A stretch of 64,000 nucleotides of DNA from Octopus vulgaris (taxonomy: Eukaryota): positions 1,984,001 to 2,048,000 of the forward strand of contig OX597830.1 in NCBI GenBank assembly GCA_951406725.2, read 5' to 3'. The notes beneath the pieces were generated by a model that ran no database searches, was not told the DNA's origin, and worked only from the letters and a program-made list of their open reading frames with translations. Below are positions 40,965-53,958 of the stretch, one piece after another. The position numbers and the translations under genes are program-made. Numbering within the stretch: the first letter of the stretch is position 1; each line of letters starts with the position of its first letter.

Positions 40965-42440
40965 TGTTGCTTATCCCCAGTTCAGCCCGGATCTAACATA
41001 CCGATGATCAAAGCTGTTCCAGTTATGACCACCACAACCCTATCGTTTCATTTGTTTCTCCTTCAACCACAGTCTACCGACGACTACTTTGTTCAATGTC
41101 CCCCATTGTTAATATTGTTTTTGTTGTTAGTACTGGGGCTCAACCACTTTCAGCCTCTGATACAACACGACTATGATCAAAGGCAGTCCACCCACGACAA
41201 TTTACTCATATTATTTAAAGATATAACGCTGTCTCTAGGGATGCACTCTTTACAGTTGTTCCTCTGCTGCTGCTGTTGTTTGGTCTCAAGTTAGACCTAT
41301 AGATAAACAACATTAGGCGGTGAGCTGGCAGAAACGTTCGCACGCCGGGAGAAATGCTTAGCGGTATTTCGTCTGTCGTTACGTTCTGAGTTCAAATTCC
41401 GCCTAGGTCAACTTTGCCTTTCATTCTTTCGGGGTCGATAAATAAAGTACCAGTTTCACACTGGGGACTAAGTCGATTACATAATCGACTTAGTCCCTTT
41501 CTCTGTCCTTGTTTGTCCCCTCTATGTTTAGCCCCTTGTGGGTAGTAAGGAAATATATAGATGAAAAACATTCCGGATATGACCACCTAGCCTTTTATTC
41601 CATCGTTTTTGTATCCAATGTGTCTTTCCTTTATTGGACACCTGCATATGGGGATGATATCAAGGTGTTCGTTTTTATTTCCTAGAAACTTGTGTGGAAT
41701 TTGGCTTATTCCAGTGTATGACTCCTTTACGTTGCTGAAGGTTATTTGGCTGCTTTTTTAGTAGATACAGCTGCCACATACATATGTCTGTCTTAACTGC
41801 AGCAGTAATGGCGGCAGCAGCAGCAGCAGCAGCAGCAGCATCAGTAGTGGTAGTAGTAGTAGTAGTTGCTGTTATTTCGACTCAGATCCTGTCTGTACAG
41901 ATCTCTAACGGAAGACTTTCCTTCCTGAGCTATCCTTACTTATCTGACATTGAGTTGCTAGGACCATATTATCGCCTTTCATTTATTTCTTTAAATAGCA
42001 GAAATGGATTAGAAAATGGATTAGGCTGCTACAATTAGTAGATCAACCATCGGTTAAAAAGACAACAAAATGTGACAAACTTCCACCAAAGATGCCCCCA
42101 AATTCACAAATACATATTAACAAGATGCAACGCATTCCAGCATTAAAGATGGATGTTAAAGGATGAGTATAAAGACGACGAGGATAATGATGGTGGTGGT
42201 GCTGCGGCTGCAATTTGTTGATCCATTTTTTTTTTATTTTGCTGTAGATGTTATTGTTTATCTTTAGGTCAGTCAGTTCTGAGAAAGCATATGACAAAAG
42301 ATAATCTTTCCATGGCCATCACATCCTTTGGTATATCTAGCACTGCAGCATCCAGTGGGTTTTATTTATTTACATAGATTATGGGGTTTAATTTGTAAGA
42401 AATTTGGCTGCTGTTTCTTGCAGGTTAAAGAATAACGTTC
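40965..42440 (+). repeat. Cluster of about five copies of an old dispersed repeat
   Basis: Recurring degenerate blocks TTGTT..CCCAGGTCAG..CTATGATCAAAGG..TTCCA..ATGACCA and GATTTGGCTGCTATTTCTAGCA near 40965, 41140, 41275, 41870 and 42250; also near 515, 2165, 20880, 22695, 34510, 46400, 46580 and 47550. Confidence 0.65.
41316..41556 (+). mobile_element. SINE family A nested in an older repeat
   Basis: GGCGGTGAGCTGGCAGAAACG..GAGTTCAAATTCC..GGGGTCGATAAA..GCCCCTTGTGGG. Confidence 0.88.
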
Positions 42441-44022
42441 AGCTTTTCTCTGTCTATTCGTTGGACATATCCATCCATCCATTGGGCTTTGTTTTTATTG
42501 TCTTCGAAACAAAAGTCAACCTAAAATTCTGACAGCCCTCTGAGCTAATAAAACATTCGGCTTCTATGGTTGATGTTCCTATTGTTTTCAGAGCACCACC
42601 AGCGACAGCTGCGAACATAGCTAAGGCCGAAGAAACTCAAATTGTTTATTTTTCTCATTGTTACTGTTTGGTGAGAAGTGGGCTGTTCCCCTACTGATAA
42701 ATAGTGGACAGATGCAGGCAGCAGGGTCAGTGGGCGAGGTACGCCGTACGGGCCAGTCATGCAGACGACGGAATACGTCGCCATAATGCGGGACATATCA
42801 GTTACCAATTCCAGAAACCAATGGTAGCCAAGAAACTAAGGATCCATCCCCACTCCACTCTAGCAGAGGATCTGCTAGAATCTATAGATATTTTTTGTCT
42901 TGTGATGATGAGTCGATTGAAACTGACGAATGAGAGAAGTGAAAGAGAGGCAACGCATAATAATCCCAGGTAAACGACGAATACAAACAACACGCTGGAA
43001 CACGGTTACAAAGAAGTGCCCACGGCAACGGAATTCTTGGATTTTCCGTGATCCAAAAGACAAATGAAAGTTTAATGAAATCTTAGCTTTAAAACAGAAC
43101 CAAATGCTGTCTTGACTTTTGAAAAGTCTATGTAGTGGATGTGTAGCAGAGGCTCCTAAATAATACATGGCTAAAAAAGATCACAAAAGAGCTTTCGACA
43201 GCTGTGGGTTTATAATCTTTGCGATGTTGGGCCCTTCAGAGCTCAGGTTGAAGAAGCTGAGTGGGGGCAACTTTGGAGAACCCAGTTTTGAAGGTGATGT
43301 GAGTGATCGATATTTAAGGTTATGAAGTTCTTTGAACCATTGTTTGAGAGCTTCTTCCCGCCCCCACCCCACCCTCGATGGGTTACCCTAATTGTATTTA
43401 TTGAAATTTGATTTGTCTTTCGAAATTTAAAGCTGACATTATATACACTGTTTTTATGTTTTTGCCTCATCTCGCATTTATAACCTAAATCTACGTCCCT
43501 ATACACTGTGTGAACCCCTATTCATTGCTTTATTTGTATCTTATATGTGGGTCCTTGTGGCTAATATATAAATTATTGTTGTTTATTATGGTTGTTGTCG
43601 TATAGTTTTGATATTTGTTAAAGTGAGATGATTATTATCAATCATTTCAGACATCTGAAGCTGACTGAAATTTAAAGTGAAAGAATAAATAAAATAAAAA
43701 CGAAATAGAATATATAACATAAAACAGCAGAATATAACACAATAACAATAAAGGCACACCCCCACCCCTGCTGTTCCATAAACAACAGATAAGAAAAAAA
43801 GAAATACGATAAAACATAAGGTTTTTTGATATCGTATATAAATACATAAACAAATACATAAATAAATATATCACATTCCGGAATCTTCTAGAAAATGGAA
43901 AATATACGAAAAACATGAATCATCTCCCAGTAAATCAATACTTTCAACTACACCCTTATCTTCAAAGATTTAATATTTTTCTTTGAATTATTACTATTAT
44001 TATTATCATTATTATTATTATT

Positions 44023-44071
<49 letters not shown>

Positions 44072-44894
44072 TTGTTGTTTATAAGTTATTGTTGCAAATG
44101 TTGTTACTGTTGTTGTTTGTATTTTATGGTTGTGTAAAGGTATGTTCTGTTATTCCGTGCCATACTTTAGTCTGTCTCAGTTGTTGCTCTTCTCCCACTC
44201 TAATGCCCACCCACAACATAGAAATCAACATTAACATTTAATTGTATTTAATATTATTACATGGTTAATGTATTAGTTTGCGGGTGAACTTCTGTTGCTC
44301 TTATAGCAGTTTAAATAACCACTTAGATATTTCCCCGTTGTTTAGTATGAGTTAAGCACACAACCTCAATTGACCTGGCTGACTACAGGTCCAATTTCTA
44401 ACTAAACGTTTCCCAATTAAACAGTTGGCTGTAATGAATTGATTTGCACACGACTATAAACCCATTTCACTATCAATATTTAGATCTGCAATATTCAGAA
44501 TCTATCACTTTTTAAGTTTATATGTACAGTTTTATGTATAGAAATTAGAGACAACTCTGAAAGTTGCGATCTTTCGGATGTGAATACGTCTACGTAAACA
44601 ATGGGATCGAAGATCGAAAAAGGAAAAAATGTGTATGTGTATATTTCGGGTGTTATTGCTCTTTCGTCAGCATGCATCCAACCCATGAACTATCCACAAA
44701 CGCATTACTTCAACAACTACTAATCAGAATCTGTGTCTTACCGGAAACAGAAAGCGGGGGGAGCTTTCTGTGGCAGAGATGGGAAGGACAATGTATAAAT
44801 TGAGTTACTACCGTGTTACATAGAATTCTTTCTGTTATTTGTCCTGGATGTCTGCATTCTGAGTTCAAATCACAATACGATTAACGTTGCCTTA

Positions 44895-45080
44895 GACGCA
44901 GTCATATCGTGTGATTAAAAACATGGTTTCTGATTTGTAAACCACACGTTGTCGGGTTCAGATCTACTGCATGGCACCTTGGGCAAATGTCTTTAGGTAT
45001 ATCCCCAGGCCAGCTTGTGAGTGGATTATGCTGACAGAAACTGGAAGAAATACTTATCCACACACTCGCAGATACACTTG

Positions 45081-45111
<31 letters not shown>

Positions 45112-45270
45112 GTACGTATGTAGTGTGTGCGTGTGTATATATATGTGTGCGTGTATATGTATATACGTGTGCGCGGGTGTATGTGTCTGCCTCACTGCCT
45201 TGACATCGCGTGATAGTTGTAAACAATTGTCACCACCATAACAGCAGTATCTTAGGCTTCCGATGTTCGG
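44895..45270 (+). mobile_element. SINE family B, degenerate
   Basis: GGGTTCAGATC..GGCACCTTGGGCAAATGTC..CTTGTGAGTGGATT followed by an internal (AC)/(TG) tract. Confidence 0.65.
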
Positions 45271-46669
45271 TGTCTGTCAGTTTGTTCGAGTTTTGGCATT
45301 AGTTGAAATGTGCTGTGAGAAGAATTCAGCGAAGGGAATCTTTGAAGCTGGGACCATCCACAGAGCGACCCACTAGAAATATTCAATATGTTGCCGATCA
45401 CTGAAAGGAAATTCTAAGGAGGAGCTAATAAGGAGACGAACGAGAAATGGGAGGATATTGTGGTGCACGTTGGAGGAAGGAAAAGGACAATGTGCGAAAT
45501 GGCTTTATGGGGTCTCTGTGAGGGATGGAGTGACGCTTATGAGGATATGGGTTAAAACTCATACCAGAGACTAAGGCAAAATGGCTTTTATGGTAAGGCT
45601 CAATCAGAGAACTTGGTGTTTTTGTGGATCTCAATATTGGTAAGAAGACATTTCACTTAAGCAGATACCAAGCCTAGTACTTTACAAGAGAGAAGGTATC
45701 GGAACCAGGTAAGTGTATTAAGTTTATCAGTTCAAGACAGGAATAATCAACATGGATGAGCATTTTAACCCGTTGCCTCGTTTAACACAATTACCTGACA
45801 CCTTCAATGCCTTTAGCAGAGTCCATTCTCTAACTAAAGGATAATAGATGAACATTAATTCCATTATCTTACCATTGTGTTAAACAAAAGCCTTGTTGAA
45901 GCCATAACATTATGCATAACACTGGCTGGAGACAGAATATTGATGGGTACCAGATGATATTTGGCGAGGGGAGGGTAACTTTTCGTAATGTTGCAATGGG
46001 AATCGATGTTCTGCTATATTTTCAGTTTTATTTTGTTTTGCTATTCTCCCTTTAAAATTTCTAATTACTAAAACTAAGAGTTTTTTTCTATAAAACGTCA
46101 AAATATATTTTTTTTAATTTTCAGAATCTGAAATTGAAATTTAAACTAAAATTGAAATAAAATGAAAGAGAAAAAATGTAATATAAATTTGAATTGATAA
46201 AAAATTTCCATTTTATATTGAATGCTGATCTAAGTCTAGTGGCGGCGGCGGCGGCTGTGGTGCTGGTAGTTGTGGCGACGGCGTTGACGGTGATTGTCGG
46301 TGAGGAATTGGTTCCACATCCCTGGTTTCTGTTCTAGGAAAACATTTACCTTTATTTACGTTCCCAATTTCAAACTGAAACTCTTTTTCTTTTCTTGCTT
46401 CTCCCTGGTCATACCCGACGTAGGGAACCCAATCAAAGACACCCTATCCATCTTCTCATTATAAAACGACATTCACCATTATATCGCGTTTTATTTTCAA
46501 GAAACTAGGATGTGATTTGAGGGAGATTTGGTTGTTATTCCTGGCGGGCTCAGTAACTATATAGAAACTCTTACATTGTTTAATCTCAGGTCAGACCTAA
46601 GCGGCCCTATGATCAAAAGCGTTCCATCTGTGTATTTCACCAAAGTTTTCATTGCCTTGGACTAACTGG

Positions 46670-46978
46670 TTTGAGCGTCGGGTTTACAATCATGAGGTAA
46701 TGATTTCGCGTGTTGAGCTGTACTCTTGAGCAAGACACTTTATTTCATGTTGCTCCAGTTCATTCAGCTATAGAAATGAGTTGTGACGTCACTGGTGCTA
46801 AGTTGTATCGGATTTGCCTTTACCTTGGATAACATCAATGGCGTAGAGAGGGGGAGGTTTCTATGCATGGGTGACTGCTGGTCTTCCATAAAACAACCTT
46901 GCCTAGGCTTGTGCCTTGGAGGGTAACTTCCTAGGTGCAATCCCACGGTCATTCACGACTGAAGGGTGTATTTACCCC
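46670..46978 (+). mobile_element. CORE-type SINE (family D), degenerate head
   Basis: CTCTTGAGCAAGACACTTTATTTCATGTTGCTCCAGTTCATTCAGCT resembles a CORE domain; only one copy in the window. Confidence 0.55.
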
Positions 46979-48123
46979 ATAGCTTTCAATGCACACTATT
47001 TCTAAGGTATGAGAGCATCATTTAAGGAAGAGTTGGCTATTATTTCTAGCATACTTGTCTATGGGTGTGGTCGTTCATTAATTAGTTTATTTAACAGTGT
47101 GCGTGTGAACACAATCCCCACTCATTCAATATTTAAATGCCCAATTGCTGTACATGGTGTGATGGTAGGGACCGATGCAATGTGAGCATAATGGAGGGGC
47201 GTCAGTGATGGGAGGAGGCACCTTGCTACTTATGGCCTCACCCATGGTAGGCAAGTATTAATTAAACTTTCATGTTACACTCCGAAATTTCCCATTTATT
47301 GTGTTTACAGGTGTGAAGCCAATGAAGGTGTGTAGAATGGTTTCAAGTAGATTGATGACCGTAGTTAGACCCTGGGTCAGATAAATAGCATTCAAGTTCT
47401 TCTTATTCTTGATATTGTTGCTATTCTCGTTAACGGTGGTAGTGGCGGCGGTGGCAGCCGTGGTGGTTGTGGTGGTAGTAATGGTGTGGTAGTGTTGCTG
47501 GTGGTTGTGATGGTGGCAGCTGTGGTGGTGTTTACCCACAGTTTACTCCTGTTCAGGAAGAACAATACTGAAAGATGTTTCCAGCCATGGTCAACCAGTC
47601 TTATTTCAATATCGAACGACTACATTATCCAATGTGACCTTCCTTTTCTTCTAAGACGCGATTTTGTGATTTTGAGGGCAATTAAGCAGCTATTTTCAGG
47701 AAATCAAACGATCACATTCATGGACTCCACCGTAACAGTTATTTTCTATTGAAATGAATTCGTAGCATTTAGACTCTAGGTCGGTTTCCTCATAGCTGAT
47801 CTCGGGTCAAAGACCCCCCCCCGCATCGAACTATCTAACCCATCCAATACTATACATTATTGTAATGTGTTCTTTATTGCTTTCGCTTATTTGGTGTAGC
47901 TTGAAGGGGGTTTGGTTGTTATTTCTTGCACACCAAGTATCCACATAGTGTTTGTTCTTTTCTTTTCTTGGTCTTTCAAAGTAAACATTTTAACCTTGAT
48001 GTCTTTCAAGTGCGAAATATTTACAGAAAACACAAAAACAAAATTTATTTGGAGATGAGTGAAGAGGCGAGTGTGGAGAATTATGATGTAGTGGAGAGGG
48101 AGGGGCAAGGAAGGATAGTGAGA

Positions 48124-48159
<36 letters not shown>

Positions 48160-48414
48160 GGCAAAGGAAGTGGTAATGGTGGTGGTGGTGGCGTTGGGAG
48201 TAATATATAGTGTAGTGGAAGAGAGGTAAATATATAGAATTATAATATACCGAAGAGGAAAAGAGAAAGAGTTTTAGAGAGAGAGGGAGTGAAAAGACAA
48301 TTGGTGTTTGAGGATGTGTGTGAGGGTGAATGTGGGTGCGTTCAGTGTGAGAAGGCATTGTGTATGTGTGCGCGTTTGTAAGTTTGATTGTGACGGTGTT
48401 TGCGAGTATTCTTT

Positions 48415-48600
48415 TGTTCTTTATACTTTTACGGTTTTCGGTCATTAGACTGCGGCCATGCTGGAGCATTCCCTTGACGGACTTTAGCAAACGAATGAAT
48501 AAACCCTGTTACTTATTTCGTTACGCCAGGTACTTATTTTATTGGACTCTTTCGATGAACCACTAAGTTTGTTAAGCGCTGCTGGAAGACAAACACAAAC
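48415..48600 (-). mobile_element. SINE family B tail segment, degenerate
   Basis: GTCATTAGACTGCGGCCATGCTGGAGCA..GGTACTTATTTTAT..GAACCACTAAGTT, similar to 28184-28400. Confidence 0.65.
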
Positions 48601-48615
48601 TCACAGGCATACGCC

Positions 48616-48690
<75 letters not shown>

Positions 48691-48849
48691 TGTGAAAATT
48701 ATAAGGGTAGAAAATATAGAAAAGTTTTCATACTAGTGGCTAGCATACGTAATAAAGGTTTGGGTTTGGCTGCCCCTTCTAGCATGTAAGGCGTCCTGTC
48801 AAGGGTCATCTCTCTGTGTATAAATACTTATACACACTTATATATAAAA

Positions 48850-49040
48850 GCCACTAAACCTTTTTTATTTTCTCTGTCTGCTCATTATTTCTGTATTCCT
48901 TTCTGTTGAAGAGCATAGGCTCGAAACGGAAAAGACGTTCTCACTTCCCGAGCATTAAACAATTACATCTGTTTGTTGTTTACACACACGTCTTCGTCTT
49001 TTGTTTTGTTTTGTTTTTTTTTGTAAATTTCAACTATATA
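48850..49040 (+). mobile_element. TA-associated repeat with a hammerhead-like motif, copy 2
   Basis: TTTCTGTTGAAGAGCATAGGCTCGAAACGGAAAAGAC at 48900-48936; shares downstream ACATCTGTTTGTT..GTCTTCGTCTTTTGTT with copy 1. Confidence 0.65.
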
Positions 49041-49371
49041 TAGTCCACAGATGAGAGCCACGGCCGCATATCATGATGAACTACATTTACGAACATTATT
49101 ATCGATTTCCTAGTCCTCGGTAACAACCGTTAGACTCAAAACACTTTTCTTCCACCGCTTTAATTCTCTCTGTACTCGGTGTAAGTTGGACCTATTAATA
49201 TAAACTTCTACATATTTATATTTAAATAGTCATCGTCTGCATGTCTCCACCTTTTGCGTTCTTTCGTTTTGCATGTATACATATATATTTAATGTATTTA
49301 ATTTGTTTATACGCCTTATTGCCTCTCTCTCACTCTATCTATCCGTCTATCTATCTTTATATATCTATCTA

Positions 49372-49422
<51 letters not shown>

Positions 49423-49425
49423 GTA

Positions 49426-49586
49426 GAATGGGCTTCTTTCAGTTTCCGTCTACGAGATCCACTTACACGGCTTTGGTCGGCCCAAGTCTATGGTAGACGA
49501 CACTTGCCTAATGTGCCACATAATGGGACTGAATCCGGGACCGTGTGGTTAGGAAGAGAACTCCTTACCATACAGCCACGCCGGTA
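49426..49586 (-). mobile_element. SINE family B head
   Basis: GGGCTTCTTTCAGTTTCCGTCTAC..CACTTGCC..GGGACTGAATCCGG..CAGCCAC is the reverse complement of the 63764 copy. Confidence 0.8.
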
Positions 49587-50244
49587 GGTGTATACGTGTG
49601 AATATAAGAGAGCGAGTCTGTGTTTGTATGTGCTTGATAGGCATAAGTGAGTGCATGCATATATCTGTGTATCCAGTGTATGTATTTGCACGAAAGTGCA
49701 TTCTTAAGTGTGTCTATGTGTACTTGCGTGTCAGCATATGAATGCGTATGTGTATGTGTGTGTGTGTGTGTCTGTGAGAGAGAGAGAGAGAGAGAAAGCG
49801 AATACATGTAATAAAGGCTGTTATAAAAAGCAAGGAAAGATGTAAGGAAGAGGGCGAGCAAGATGGAGACGTGACGGGATAAAAGAACAAAACTTTCAAT
49901 CTTTCCTTTTGTTGTTTACAATAACACCATCGTTGTATATTCATCATAATTCTGGTATTTTCTATCTTCTTATAATTTTGGCAGTTCTGTTTTCTTCGTC
50001 CTTAAAGGGAAGAATTTGTCTTTGATGGAAATTGAAGTTTTCTTTTTACTTTCTTACATCCGTTTCTTTAATTTTTTAAAATTTTTGATCTGTTATTTAT
50101 TTTTGTGGTCTATGCTTCAAAGTTATTTGCCAACTGCTGAGAATTATCTCTGCAAGTACAATCCCAGAATTCTCAGCCACTACCATTCTATTACGTTCTG
50201 AAGATATTCTCTTTTATTCAATCTTGTTGTAATCACCATCATTG

Positions 50245-50278
<34 letters not shown>

Positions 50279-50317
50279 GATTATTATTATTCGTTGTCTT
50301 CTTCGTCTTATTATTTA

Positions 50318-50530
50318 AGGCGGCAAGTTGGCAGAATCATTTGCATGCTAGGTAAAATGCTTAGCAGTATTTAGCCCACCGCTCAGGTTTGAGTCCAAAT
50401 TCCGCCGAGGTCGACTTTGCCTTTCATCTTTTCGGGGTCGATAAATCAAGAACCAGTGAAACACTACAGTCAATGTAATCGACTAGCCCCTCCTACAAAA
50501 TTTCAATGCTTTCTGCCTTCAGTAGAAAGG
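50318..50530 (+). mobile_element. SINE family A (alternative 3' tail)
   Basis: GGCGGCAAGTTGGCAGAATC..CCGCCGAGGTCGACTTTGCCTTTCATC..GTAGAAAGG. Confidence 0.85.
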
Positions 50531-50547
50531 ATTACAATTAATATTAT

Positions 50548-51000
50548 TGAGTAAGAGAGTAGTGCATGACATCAAAATGACAATGGGGTAAAATATACGA
50601 AGCCCAATATACCCATCATGACTATCCCTCTGATAAGGCTACACGAGACACATTCATCACAACCATATGTGCACGACATGGTGATCTCATATCAATATAA
50701 ACAGCACATGACCTTGCAGGTGGGGCCCAGTTAGAATTTTCTTAAGGTCGAGTAGCCCATCCCACTCAAAATATCCCTGAATAAGAGTTATTCAGGGATT
50801 TTGAACGGAACACCCATGTTTCCAAAGGTGAATTCTCCAAACCTCAAAGAATTCCTCTCAACACATGGATATGGTTCTTTCCTACTACTTCTGCTTATGA
50901 TCAGAGGTGCACATATTGTCAGCCACCAAGATTAAGGTCAAACAACAGACAAGCAGATCTGTGATATTGAGCAAAATATTTGCTGTAGCCAATCTTTTAT
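50548..51000 (-). mobile_element. Longer copy of the same non-coding AAT-associated repeat
   Basis: Shares both ends with 17233-17513 and has extra internal sequence at about 50750-50920. Confidence 0.75.
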
Positions 51001-51018
51001 ATCAAAACACTCGGGAAC

Positions 51019-51092
51019 TTATACGGAATACTATTATTAACGAATAAGCAAAATTTTATACGGAATACTATTATTAACGAGTAAGCAAAATT
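51019..51092. repeat. 37-bp tandem duplication
   Basis: TTATACGGAATACTATTATTAACGA(A/G)TAAGCAAAATT twice. Confidence 0.9.
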
Positions 51093-51357
51093 ATTTTTTA
51101 CTTTAAGTTCGAAATGCGTATATAGTTAGTCAGCCTTACTGATTCTTTATTTTTCTTTTGCTTGCCTACAATAAAGTGTGTTATTCTCGGAGATTTTAAG
51201 ATAGTAAAAAGGACTTTAGCGTCTGTTTCTTACGGTGCGTAGTGAGCAATATAGCCGACCGCTTGTTATAATTATAAAATAAGTTGTAAAATTTGCCTAT
51301 AAGGTTTTTATTTCCGGACTAGCTCCTGGTAAAATTTTTATTCATTTTACCCTTTAT

Positions 51358-51516
<159 letters not shown>

Positions 51517-51595
51517 CTGCCTAAAACCATTTTTGGGGTAACGCTCAGTATTTTTCGATTTTTTGTGGCACTTCTTCAAGTTCTTTACATTTTTC

Positions 51596-51599
<4 letters not shown>

Positions 51600-51665
<66 letters not shown>

Positions 51666-51703
51666 CATCATCATTATTATTACTAATAATAATGATGATG
51701 ATG

Positions 51704-51770
<67 letters not shown>
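51600..51770. repeat. Self-inverted (ATT)n/(AAT)n microsatellite
   Basis: ATTATCATCATCATTATTATTA-C-TAATAATAATGATGATGATGATAAT, with mirrored interruptions about position 51683. Confidence 0.9.
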
Positions 51771-51771
<1 letters not shown>

Positions 51772-53024
51772 GAAAATTACTGACATCCAAGAGCATGCAC
51801 CACCCTAAGGCAGATGTAGACCGCCTGTACCTACCTAGAAGTAGCGGGGGGAGAGGAATGATGCAATTAGAGCTGTGCTATAAGACCTCTACTGTAGGAA
51901 TGAACAGGTACCTATCTAGTACAAAGGACTGGATGCTGCGACTTGTGTGCGAACACGAAAGCAGCAAAAAGCTGCATTCTATTGTCAAGGAAGCCTAGAC
52001 ATTAACCTTGAATCAGATGAAGAGCCAGAAACCACTGCTACCAAGCAAGCAAAGCGAATCAAGCAGACTGCAAAAAAGAACGGGCAGAATCAAATTGAGA
52101 GGCAGTGGAGCCAGAAGCCCCTGCATAGACAATATATTCTCCGAAGCCAAAATGCTGATGTAGACCAAGCAACAACCCATCAGTGGCTGAAGAGTTCTGG
52201 ATTGAAAGCAGAGACTGAAGGCTTCATAATGGCAGCACAAGATCAAAGCTTGTTTACCAGAAATTACCAGGCTAACGTTCTCCGAAACGGTACTGACCCT
52301 AAATGCAGATTCTGCGACACATTTGACGAAACAATAGACCATCTCGTTTCGGGATGTCCTGTGCTGAGACCAAACGAATACAAAAATCGCCACGATAGGG
52401 TAGGACAGTATATACATTGGAATATATGTAAACACTACAAATTCGACACTCCTGCTAACTGGTCTGAACACCATCCTCAGCCAGTTGTTGAAGGTAAGGA
52501 TGTCACCATCCTCTGGGATTTTCCAGTCAACACTGACAGAACGATCAAGGCTAATCGACCAGACATAATTGTTAAAGAAAGAGAAGAAAATACCTGCAGA
52601 CTAATAGAGGTAAGCGTCCCCACTGATAAAAATGTATCTGTAAAGGAATTTGACAAACTTAGTAAATATAAGGACCTGGAAATCGAAATACAAAAGATGT
52701 GGAATCTTAAAACAAAAACTGTTCCTGTTATTGTAGGTGCCCTAGGTATGATAAAAAAGGTATGTCAGAAACACCTAGACAATATCCCTGGAGAACCATG
52801 TCTCAAGGAAATCCAAAAGATTGTGCTAACAAGTAGTGCCCAAATCCTTAGAAAAACCCTATCAATGTAAATGTTTGTGTTTGTATTACATGGAGATACT
52901 TCTCTACTTCCCCTCCCCAAGCTTTCAGCTATATTTCAACAACTCTTAACCTTCACTTGCCTTAGGGCGCTGGGTGTGCCCCGGCAAGTGATTGCATCAA
53001 ACATGCAGATTAAAAGTAAATGAC

Positions 53025-53025
<1 letters not shown>
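51771..53025 (+). mobile_element. R4/Dong-clade non-LTR retrotransposon copy D (separate family, related to B), heavily 5'-truncated
   Basis: ORFs 51795-51998 ([21 protein letters not shown]) and 51947-52870 (LKAETEGFIMAAQDQ, CRFC..H..C, RHDRV, NRPDII, KYKDL). 3' UTR 52871-53025, (AAT)n on both flanks. Confidence 0.93.
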
Positions 53026-53083
<58 letters not shown>

Positions 53084-53115
53084 GAATGTAAAGAACTTGA
53101 AGAAGTGCCACAAAA

Positions 53116-53234
53116 TATTATTATTATCATCATCATCATCATTATTACTATTATTATCATCATTATTATTATTATTATCATTATTATTATTATCATTATT
53201 ATTACTATGATTATTATTATTATTATTATCATCA

Positions 53235-53278
<44 letters not shown>

Positions 53279-53399
53279 ATTATTATTATTATTATTATTA
53301 TTATTATCATCATCATTATTATTATTATCATCATTATTATCATTATCATTATTATTATTATTATCATTATTATTATTACTATCATTATTATTATTATCA

Positions 53400-53430
<31 letters not shown>

Positions 53431-53549
53431 TATTATTATTAATATTATTATTATTATTATCATTATTATTATTATTATTATTATTATCATCATCATTATT
53501 ATTATTATTATTATCATTATTATTATTATCATTATTATTATTATCATCA

Positions 53550-53613
<64 letters not shown>

Positions 53614-53693
53614 CATTATTATTATTATCATTATTATTATTATCATTATTATTATCATCATTATTATGATTATTATTATTATTATCATTATCA

Positions 53694-53743
<50 letters not shown>

Positions 53744-53774
53744 TTTAATAATATTATTATTATTAATATTATCA

Positions 53775-53805
<31 letters not shown>

Positions 53806-53958
53806 CATTATTATTATTATTATTATCATCATCATCATCATTATTATTATTATTATTATCATTATTATTATTATTATTATCATTATTATTATTATCATTA
53901 TTATTATTATCATTATTATTATTATTGTTACTACTACTATTACTACTACTACTACTAC
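53116..53958. repeat. Very long (ATT)n/(ATC)n compound microsatellite, about 840 bp
   Basis: Seen directly; ends in (ACT)n. Confidence 0.97.

Noticed and set aside
42600-43570. GC-richer segment with several short ORFs, possibly a decayed LINE
   Set aside because: No identifiable motif in the translations I examined.
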